Origin: Aquabacterium sp.
GTDB lineage: Bacteria; Pseudomonadota; Gammaproteobacteria; Burkholderiales; Burkholderiaceae_C
Reading direction: 5' to 3'
DNA: 64,000 nt
Assembly (NCBI RefSeq): GCF_044226965.1
Contig: NZ_JBGAGA010000021.1
Span: forward strand, 21,044-85,043
Both the position numbers and the translations under genes were made by a program. The notes under the pieces were generated by a model. That model did not search any database and was not told the origin of the DNA. It saw only the letters and a program-made list of their open reading frames with translations. How positions within the stretch are numbered: position 1 is the stretch's first letter; the number at the start of each line of letters is the position of its first letter. This document shows, piece by piece, positions 56,858-64,000 of the stretch.

Positions 56858-58431
56858 ATGTCCCTGTCCGCCCGCGCCGCGCCGCTGTACCGTTCGCTTG
56901 TTCGTCGTCGGCGTGCTGGGCTTCGCCTCCGGCCTGCCGCTGGCGCTGACCGGCCAGGCGCTGCAGGCCTGGCTCAGCGTCTCGGGGCTCGACGTGGCGA
57001 CGATCGGCTTCCTCAGCCTGGTGGGCCTGCCCTACACCTTCAAGTTCCTGTGGGCGCCGCTGATGGACCGCTTCGAGCTGCTGCCCGCCCTGGGCCGGCG
57101 CCGCGGCTGGCTGGTGGCCACGCAGCTGGCGCTGGCCGGCACGCTGCTGGCGCTGGCGGCCACGCCGCCGCAGCATTCGCTGCAGCTGTTCGCGCTGCTG
57201 GCGCTGCTGACGGCCTTCGTCTCGGCCTCGCAGGACGTGGTGATCGACGCCTACGGCACCGACCTGCTGCCGCAGGCCGAGCGCGGCCTGGGCTCTTCGC
57301 TGAAGGTGCTGGGCTACCGGCTGGCGATGATCCTCTCCGGCGGCATTGAGCTGATCTGGACCGATGCGGTCACCGGCAGCGGCTGGACCTGGCCGCAGGT
57401 GTACCGGCTGATGGCGGGCATCATGGCCGGCACGGCGCTGTTCTCGGCGCTGGCGCTGCCGCGGCTGAAGACCGCCGCCGCCCCGCAGAGCGTGGCCCGG
57501 CACGACCTGGTCGGCTTCGCCGCGGTGCTGGCCGCTGCATTCGCAGGTTATCTCTTCACGCTCCAGCTGGCCACGCCGCTGGCCGGCTGGCTGCTGCGGC
57601 CGCTGCTGGCCGGCAGCGGGCTGGCCGCGGCGCTGCAGGCCCGCTGGATCGACCTGCTGGCGCTGGTCTTCGGCATCGCGTTCACCTTGCCGCTGGCCGG
57701 CTGGGCCGCGCGGCGCGCGCGCTTCGAAACGCTGCTGGGCGGCCTGGGCAGCTACTTCGCGCAGCCGGGCGCGGCGGCCTTCCTGCTGTTCATCGTGCTG
57801 TACATGCTGGGCGACGCCTTCGCCGGCGCGCTGATGACGCCCTTCCTGCTGCAGGCCATGGCCTTCAGCTCGGCCGAGGTGGGCGTGGTCAACAAGGTGA
57901 TCGGGCTGTGGCTCACCATCGGCGGTGCACTGGTGGGCGGCGCGCTGATGCTGCGGCTGGGGCTGTGGCGCGCGCTGATGCTGTTCGGCGTGCTGCAGGC
58001 GGCGTCGAACCTGGGCTTCTGGTGGCTGGCCGCCTTCGGCAAGGGCAGCCTGCCCGGGCTGGTGATCCCGGCCTTCGACTGGGGCCTGGTCGCGCTGAAG
58101 CAGGCCGCGCCGGTGGACGGCGGGCTGCTGATGGTGGTGGCCTTCGAGAACCTCTCCGGCGGCATGGGCACCGCCGCCTTCGTCGCCTTCCTGATGGCGC
58201 TGACGCAGCAGCGCTTCACCGCCACGCAGTACGCGCTGCTCAGCGCCTTCGCGTCGGTGGGCCGCGTGGGTGGGGCCGATGGCCGGCGTGCTGGCCGAAT
58301 CCATCGGCTGGCCCAGCTTCTTCATCGTCTCCACCGTGCTGGCGCTGCCGGCGCTGGCGATGCTGGCGCGGCTGAAGGCCAACGTGCAGCGGCTGGAGGT
58401 GGTGCCCGGCAGCGGCGCCGAGGACGACTGA
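56858..58431 (+). pseudogene. ampG: AmpG-family muropeptide MFS permease carrying frame disruptions
   Basis: The main frame (track ORF 56898..58472, TTG start) reads LGFASGLPLALTGQALQAWL...PYTFKFLWAPLMDR...TQYALLSAFASVGRV. After about 58268 it runs into Arg/Gly junk. The +1 frame continues WVGPMAGVLAESIGWPSFFIVSTVLALPALAMLARLK... to a TGA at 58429-58431. Upstream, ATG 56858 (MSLSARAAPLYRS) is in the -1 frame relative to the body. Confidence 0.7.
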
Positions 58432-58538
58432 GGGCGACGGAGGGCGACCAAGGGCACTGCAGCGGAACTTGACGCCGCAGGCAGAATCCTGCAAGCACAG
58501 ACCACTGCGCCCCGCCTTGAACCCACCTGCGCCGAGAG

Positions 58539-59239
58539 ATGACGACGCGACGCCCGCCGGCGCCGCCTGGGCGGCGCGCTGATCGGCAGCGGCCTGCTGG
58601 CCGCGCTGGGCAGCCCCGGCGCACTGCGCGGTGCAGCGGAATGCAAGCGCTGGCGCAAAGTGGTGTCGGCCGAGCAGATCGAGCAGAGCGCCTTCCAGCA
58701 GTACACCCAGATGGTCAGCCAGGCCGGCGGCCAGCGCGCGCTGCTCCCGGCCGAGCATCCGCAGGTCAGGCGGCTGCGCTACATCGCCGCGCCATCACCG
58801 ACGGCTGCAACGACAGTGGCGCTGGAAGTCCCTGTTCGCGCCCGAATGCCTCCACCCGCGCCGACTGGCCATTCAGCAAGCTGCGACGATGCGAGGTGGC
58901 GATGATGATCGCCGCGCTGGAGCATGCGCGCCGCCCGCTGCACGCCCGGCGTCGCTGCTGGGCGGCGCCGCACGGTGCTGATATGCTGCGCTTCTCGCGC
59001 GACGACGAATCCGAAGCCGACGCCCTGGGGCTGGTGCTGGCGGCCAAGGCCGGCTACAACCCGCGCGCCGGCGTCACGCTGTGGAAGAAGATGCTGGCCG
59101 CCAACAAGGGCGCGCCGCCGCAGTGGCTGTCCACCCACCTTCGACGCCGACATGAGCCCGCCTGCCGCGGGTGGAACCGCTGTACGACCGCGCGGCCAAG
59201 CCGCCGCAGCGCTTCGGACCGCCGCCTGCCGCCTCCTGA
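58539..59239 (+). pseudogene. fragmented M48-family Zn-metallopeptidase gene
   Basis: Pieces are spread over three frames. They include a signal-like GGALIGSGLLAALGSPGAL, then KVVSAEQIEQSAFQQYTQMVSQAGGQRALLPAEHPQVRRLRYIA and FSRDDESEADALGLVLAAKAGYNPRAGVTLWKKMLAANKGAPPQWLSTH (the distal ExEAD Zn-ligand motif). The tail is VEPLYDRAAKPPQRF, ending at a TGA at 59237-59239. Where HExxH is expected the text reads EVAMMIAALEHAR. Confidence 0.6.
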
Positions 59240-59352
59240 ACATCTTGCCCGCTGGGCGGGTCACGGCGGGATGCCCTGCAGCACCAGGTCGCAATGGCCA
59301 CCAGACCATCCGGCGCAGCGAGCAGACCGGCGGGTTGTACACGTTCCAGCTA

Positions 59353-60100
59353 TCAGAGGTAGGTCACGCAGAAGGCGTCGGTGTAGCAGAGCAGTCGGCC
59401 ATCGGCCGTCATGGCCACGGTCACTGCGTAGTGCCCGTGACGGCGCGGCTCAAGGTCGCGGCGTCGAACTGGGCGCACGCATCGTTGAACACCCGCGTGC
59501 CCTCGGGATTGCAGGTCAGCGCCGCGTCGTAGCGGCTGCGCCGTTTACATCGAGGGTCCGCGCAGCGATGGACGTTGGCGCCCGATCCGCGATCGCCCGC
59601 CATCAGCTGCCGGCCGTCGGGGCTGGCCGCCAGCACCCCGGAGACGCCGGTCTTGCCAAGGTACTGGCCGCTCGGCGTGAAGGCATGGCCGTTGTCCAGC
59701 AACACCAGCTCCACCCCGTTGGGCCTGAGGACCAGCAGATGGTGCAGCGAGCCGCAGCTGGCCAGGTGGCCTGGGCCTTCATCGTCGCCAGGTCATAGAC
59801 CCGCATGCCGGGCGGCAAGCCATCCGGCGTGAGACGACCATCTCGTAATAGTCCCGCACCGGGCATCCTTGGTGCCGGTGTGCGCGTCGTACACGGCGAT
59901 CTCGACCTGGGAACACGACGATGGTGGCGAATGATCATGCTGCGCCACGAGGTCGGCCATCCCCCCGCGCTGCTGGAGCTCGGATCCATGCTCACCGACC
60001 TTGGCGCTGACCGAGGCTGCTGGTGCAGCCGCCGCCGGGCCGCCGGGAGCAGCGCGCCCCTTCGACACCGGTGCGCGCTGGGGTCACTCTTCAACCAACC
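59353..60100 (-). pseudogene. unidentified decayed ORF readable only across several frames
   Basis: Consecutive protein-like fragments lie on the minus strand in different frames. They are VEIAVYDAHTGTKDA (~59906), LPPGMRVYDLATMKAQ (~59818), LVLLDNGHAFTPSGQYLGKTGVSGVLAASPDGRQLMAGDRGSGANV (~59708) and TADGRLLCYTDAFCVTYL-stop (59353). The 5' boundary is a guess and the family is not recognised. Confidence 0.35.
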
Positions 60101-60241
60101 GGCATCGCCATCCGCCGTCAAGCCCCTGGTTGTCGTCTGGCGCTGCTGGGCCTGGGCAACACCGGCAAACAGGCGGCGGCGCGGGGGTCTAAACACCATC
60201 GCATCGGCAGCGTCACCACGCGTTGACCTGGGCATTCACAC

Positions 60242-60435
60242 CTGCGCTTCGCGCGACGATGCGCACACCCGTTTCGTCGAGCGCCGGCCCGGAAGCCGAC
60301 GGCAAACCTGTCCTGGGCCTGGTGCGGTGGCTGGCCAAGGCCGGCTACAAACCTGGCGCGCCGGCGTCGCCGCTGTGGAAGGTCGATGTGCTGGCCGCCA
60401 ACAAGGGCGCGCTGCCGCAGTGGTTGTCCACCCAT
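60242..60435 (+). repeat. diverged second copy of the 3' part of the M48 peptidase gene (partner 58986-59138)
   Basis: Both copies start CTGCGCTTC and end TCCACCCA(C/T). They share blocks such as GGCCAAGGCCGGCTACAA and TGCTGGCCGCCAACAAGGGCGCGC. Copy B carries several insertions and translates to ...EADGKPVLGLVRWLAKAGYKPGAPASPLWKVDVLAANKGALPQWLSTH. Confidence 0.55.
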
Positions 60436-61607
60436 TCCTCGATGCTGTGGCCGTTGACCGCGCTGAACTCCGGCGGCTGCGTGCTGACCCAGAAGGTCGA
60501 CGGCGGCTGCACGTCGATGGACAGCGGCACCTGCACGCGCTGGCCATCGGCCGACGTCAGCTCGACGATGCTGTCGTACCGGCCTTGCGCCAGTGTGGCG
60601 GTCAGGTAGCTGACCGTGATGTTGGCCGTGCCCTGGCCGCTGGCGGTATTCACGCGCAGCCAGGGCGCGTTGGCGCTTGCCGACCACGCCAGGTCGTTGC
60701 CGTTGCCGGGACCACTGCCGGTGGCGGTGACGACGATCGCATTGTCCGGCGGCGCGCTGCCCTGGTAGACGACCTGCGGCTCCCAGCGTGCCGCCCGCGC
60801 CTCGAGCAGGGTCTGCACGACATGGAAGTCGTAGGGCATGCGCAGCGGCGAGCCGGCGTATTCGTCGGCACAGGCCGCGTCGTGGCACAGCTGGACCAGC
60901 AGCGTGCCCTGGTAGCGGCCGGGCGCCAGACTGGCCGCCGGCTGAACTTCGGCCCGGAACTGGCCATTGCCCAGGGACCGCAACGAGATGCCACTGCTCA
61001 GCACATGCTGGCTGTCGACGACATACACGAACAGCGTGTCGCCGGTGAATGCGGCGAGGTCCGTCGCCGTGGCCACGACCGGGAACACCGGCGCGCTGCC
61101 GCGCAGGTAGGTCCCCGACAGGCTCGACGGCACCAGGCTCAAGGCTGGCGGGACGCAGTCGGCCGGCAGCACGTCGCAATGAAAATCCTCGAGGGTCCCG
61201 ACGCGCAGGATCTGCTGCTGCGTGAAGCCGCCGAGCGCGTACACCGAATCGCCTGCCACGGCCAGGTAGTTGCCGCTACCGGCGTAATAGCGGTAGGTGT
61301 AGCGGTCCCAGGTCTTCATCGGGGCCGACGGCGGGAACAGCGCAGGATAGGTGCGCTCGGCCCAGTCGAACAGGGCTGCTGCCGTCAGGGCCTGCACGTT
61401 CCGACGCGGCACATTCAACGCCCGCCGCTGCGTCGGGCCGGTGCCGGTTGACGGCAGCTGGCCCGGGCGCGACAGCTGCTCGGCGTCACGCCACACGGCC
61501 GGGTCACCCGCCGGCTCGCCGCTGCAAGCCGCGAGCAGCAGCGGAAACCAGAGCAGGGCCACCCGGGCCAGGCTGTGGTGCAGCCTGGCGGCGATCCAAC
61601 GTGTCAT
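60345..61607 (-). CDS. lipoprotein with Ig/BACON-like repeats; the 3' end runs antisense through the M48 fragment
   Basis: ATG at 61607 is preceded by GGGAGAGG. The lipobox is LLWFPLLLAAC. Ig-like segments include APWLRVNTASGQGTANITVSYLTATLAQGRYDSIVELTSADGQRVQVPLSIDV. The last ~30 codons are the reverse complement of the repeat at 60242-60435. Confidence 0.7.
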   Translation of the reverse strand: MTRWIAARLHHSLARVALLWFPLLLAACSGEPAGDPAVWRDAEQLSRPGQLPSTGTGPTQRRALNVPRRNVQALTAAALFDWAERTYPALFPPSAPMKTWDRYTYRYYAGSGNYLAVAGDSVYALGGFTQQQILRVGTLEDFHCDVLPADCVPPALSLVPSSLSGTYLRGSAPVFPVVATATDLAAFTGDTLFVYVVDSQHVLSSGISLRSLGNGQFRAEVQPAASLAPGRYQGTLLVQLCHDAACADEYAGSPLRMPYDFHVVQTLLEARAARWEPQVVYQGSAPPDNAIVVTATGSGPGNGNDLAWSASANAPWLRVNTASGQGTANITVSYLTATLAQGRYDSIVELTSADGQRVQVPLSIDVQPPSTFWVSTQPPEFSAVNGHSIEEWVDNHCGSAPLLAASTSTFHSGDAGAPGL

Positions 61608-61656
61608 TGATCCTCTCCCTCGTTGTCGCGGCGTCGTGGCGCCGCTTACCTGCAGT

Positions 61657-62304
61657 TCACCAGCGCGCCGGCAGCGGCTTGCGCAGGCGGATCAGCCCGT
61701 CGACCAGGTCGATGAACTGGCCGTTCTCCAGGTCCTTGAGCTGCCGGCTGACCATCTCGCGCGAAGCGCCGATGCGGTTGGCGATGTCCTTGTGCGTCAG
61801 CCGCTCGGGCACGATGCGCTGGCCTTCCGGCGCCTCGACGGCCAGGCGGTCGAGCAGCAGCTTGAGCCGGCCGTAGACGTCGTTGAGCGCCAGCTGCCGC
61901 GCGCCCAGGGTGGCCTGGCGGGCGCGGCGGATCACCTTGGCCAGCAGCTCGAAGGCGAACTGCGGGTGCTCGGCGATGAAGTTTTCCAGCGTGCGCCGCG
62001 TCACCACCGCGCAGGTGCTGGCCTCCATCGTGATGACACTGGCCGAGCGCGGGCCGCCGTCCAGGCTCATCTCGCCCAGGTACTCGCCGCGGCCGTAGAC
62101 GCCGTAGGTGATCTCGCGGTCGCGCTCGCCGGCGCTGAAGGCGCGCAGCCGGCCGCTCAGGATGATGAACAGCGTGTCGCCCAGGTCACCCTCCTGGATC
62201 AGCAGCGTGCCTTTGCGGTAGCGGCGGATCTGGCCGCGCGACACCAGCTCGCGCAGGGTGTCGGGCCAGTCGGCCAGGTCGGGGTTCGGATCGGTGGCGG
62301 TCAT
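61657..62304 (-). CDS. Crp/Fnr-family transcriptional regulator
   Basis: The cNMP-binding domain reads LLIQEGDLGDTLFIILSGRLRAF...YLGEMSLDGGPRSASV. The C-terminal HTH reads LTHKDIANRIGASREMVSRQLKDL. Confidence 0.9.
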   Translation of the reverse strand: MTATDPNPDLADWPDTLRELVSRGQIRRYRKGTLLIQEGDLGDTLFIILSGRLRAFSAGERDREITYGVYGRGEYLGEMSLDGGPRSASVITMEASTCAVVTRRTLENFIAEHPQFAFELLAKVIRRARQATLGARQLALNDVYGRLKLLLDRLAVEAPEGQRIVPERLTHKDIANRIGASREMVSRQLKDLENGQFIDLVDGLIRLRKPLPARW

Positions 62305-62350
62305 CGGGCGGCGCCGGCCGCTCGATGGCCGGGACCGCCGATGCTAATGC

Positions 62351-63154
62351 CTACATCGGCGCCAGGCGCGGCGCCGGCCGCGCGCCCAGCGCCGCCGGGT
62401 TGGGCGTGAAGCTGGCCGCCGCGCCGGCCATGCCGCCGCCCAGGCCGTGCAGCGCGCTGACCAGCGGCGGCAGCATCGCCACCTGGCGCACCAGCGCGCG
62501 GATGCTGGCGCTGCCGGTCTTGGCGCGGATGCTGCCGATCTGCGTGCGGATGGTGGCCAGCCCCACGCCCTGGCGCTGCGCGATCTGCTGCGGCGTGAGG
62601 TCGGCGCACAGGCCCTTGACGACCGCCGTCTCGGCCATCGTCAGCGAATGCGCGCGGGCGAACCAGTCGACCGTCAGCTCCTCGCACATGCGGCGCTTGC
62701 CCAGCACCACCACCACGCCATGCTGCGCGTCGCCCGGCAGCGCGGGCAGCGGCACCACCGCCACGGTGACGCGCTGCTCGCCTTCGCCCAGCTTCAGCAG
62801 CCGGCGCAGGCCGCGCTGGCAGGCGCCGGCCAGCGCGTCGCGCAGCAGCACGGCGTCGTGCGGCTGGCGGCCGCGCAGCTCACCCCCGGCCAGCAGCAGC
62901 GGGTGGGTGTCGTCCAGGTCGCGCCGCGCCGCGCGGTTGGCATGCGTCACGCGGCTCTCGTCGCTGAGCAGCAGCATGCCGTAGTCGACCTCGTCGACCA
63001 TCTGCGCCATGCGGCGCATCTGCAAGGTGGCTGCGGCGTTGCGCCGCTCCGGGCCGCTGTAGTAGCCGCGCTCGCGCAGCAGCGGCAGCGCGCCGGCCGG
63101 ATCGAAACCGAGGCCGGGATGCGGGCGGGAGGATTCGAGCGGGGTGTACATCAT
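62351..63154 (-). CDS. LuxR-family (HTH_LuxR C-terminal) transcriptional regulator
   Basis: Track ORF trimmed to ATG at 63154, with GGAG about 7 nt upstream. The C-terminus reads LTMAETAVVKGLCADLTPQQIAQRQGVGLATIRTQIGSIRAKTG. Confidence 0.85.
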   Translation of the reverse strand: MMYTPLESSRPHPGLGFDPAGALPLLRERGYYSGPERRNAAATLQMRRMAQMVDEVDYGMLLLSDESRVTHANRAARRDLDDTHPLLLAGGELRGRQPHDAVLLRDALAGACQRGLRRLLKLGEGEQRVTVAVVPLPALPGDAQHGVVVVLGKRRMCEELTVDWFARAHSLTMAETAVVKGLCADLTPQQIAQRQGVGLATIRTQIGSIRAKTGSASIRALVRQVAMLPPLVSALHGLGGGMAGAAASFTPNPAALGARPAPRLAPM

Positions 63155-63293
63155 GCTTGCTCCGGTGGCCCGGCCCTGCACCACGATGCACAGGCCCGGG
63201 ATGCGGCAAGCATAGGCAGCCGGCATGCCGCGGCCGCGTGAATCCGGCGTCCGCCTTTTGTGCGTTATTCACCTGCCCCGCAGGCGCCGCGCG

Positions 63294-63932
63294 TCAGGTA
63301 CCGCCGACGTAGGGATTGCTGCGCCGCTCGCGGCCGAAGCTGCTTTCCGGGCCGTGGCCGGGAATGAAGACGGTGTCGTCGCCCATCGGCCACAGGCGCT
63401 GGGTGATGCTGTCGATCAAGGTCTGCTGGTCGCCGCCGGGGAAGTCGGTGCGGCCGACGCTGCCGGCGAACAGCACGTCGCCGACGAAGGCGCGCCGGGC
63501 CTCGGCGCTGTGGAACACCACGTGGCCCGGCGTGTGGCCCGGGCAATGGCGCACGGCCAGCGTGCTGCGGCCCACCTGCACCGTGTCGCCGTCGTGCAGC
63601 CAGCGCGTCGGCACGAAGGGCTCGGCCGGCGCGAAGCGGAACATCTGCGCCTGATGCGCCAGGCCGTCGATCCAGAACTGGTCGTCCGGATGCGGGCCGA
63701 TGATCGGCAGCCCCAGCTCGCGCGCCAGCGTGCCGGTGCCGCCGGCATGGTCGATGTGCGCATGCGTCAGCAGGATCTGCTTGAGCGTGACGCCCAGCCG
63801 ATTGGCTTCGGCCAGCAGCCGCGGCAGGTCGCCGCCGGGGTCGATGACGGCGCCTTCCATCGTCTCGTCGCACCAGACGATGGAGCAGTTCTGCTGGAAG
63901 GGGGTGACGGGGACAGTCGAGTAACGCAGCAT
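63294..63932 (-). CDS. MBL-fold metallo-hydrolase (glyoxalase II-like)
   Basis: LLTHAHIDHAGG gives the HxHxDH motif. It continues HCPGHTPGHVVF and GSVGRTDFPGGD. The protein is 212 aa. Confidence 0.9.
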   Translation of the reverse strand: MLRYSTVPVTPFQQNCSIVWCDETMEGAVIDPGGDLPRLLAEANRLGVTLKQILLTHAHIDHAGGTGTLARELGLPIIGPHPDDQFWIDGLAHQAQMFRFAPAEPFVPTRWLHDGDTVQVGRSTLAVRHCPGHTPGHVVFHSAEARRAFVGDVLFAGSVGRTDFPGGDQQTLIDSITQRLWPMGDDTVFIPGHGPESSFGRERRSNPYVGGT

Positions 63933-64000
63933 GGTAGGCGTGGTATTTCCAAACTCTGTGTCGGGAGATGGGGCGCTGTGCCGACGATCATCGCGAAGGC

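Overview
High-GC (about 70% by eye) chromosomal segment that looks betaproteobacterial (Burkholderiales-like): Bug-family binding proteins, PntAB, AmpG, an Ada/AlkB operon and many c-di-GMP enzymes. I call about 55 protein-coding genes or gene remnants. I recognised no rRNA, tRNA, CRISPR array, transposase or integrase. Coding frames were chosen by recognisable protein motifs, G/C-rich third codon positions, RBS-like sequences and stop/start overlaps. Many long track ORFs are antisense shadows or 5' over-extensions, and I trimmed or rejected them. Observations most worth a second look: (1) one peptide-type ABC importer core (28302-32006, minus strand) faces five tandem, translationally coupled ~600-aa family-5 binding-protein paralogs (32234-41414). 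They fall into two clades arranged A-B-B-B-A, share 88-89 nt perfectly identical tracts, and are followed by a 2-hydroxyacid dehydrogenase and a class-V aminotransferase. (2) A SARP/BTAD-NB-ARC-TPR (STAND) regulator is followed by three CTAACG repeats phased at exactly 11 bp, then a lower-GC islet encoding a delta-60-repeat/cadherin/RTX/DUF4214 protein with no secretion genes nearby. (3) The window is dense in c-di-GMP genes: one GGDEF-EAL, and two tandem periplasmic-TPR GGDEF paralogs co-transcribed with a Bug binding protein. It also has an orphan GspE/PilB/MshE-family ATPase whose N-terminus matches the MshEN c-di-GMP-binding motif pattern. (4) In the alkB-ada operon, Ada has lost three of the four Zn-ligand cysteines, and the operon is flanked by two paralogous 2OG-oxygenase-like genes. 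(5) A gene-decay zone at 56.8-60.4 kb contains a frameshifted ampG, a fragmented M48 peptidase, a diverged second copy of its 3' end, and a multi-frame remnant. (6) A TetR gene is bracketed by two copies of an 18-bp palindrome and followed by a 46-codon hydrophobic micro-ORF coupled to a hydrolase. All family assignments come from reading the translations; no searches were run.
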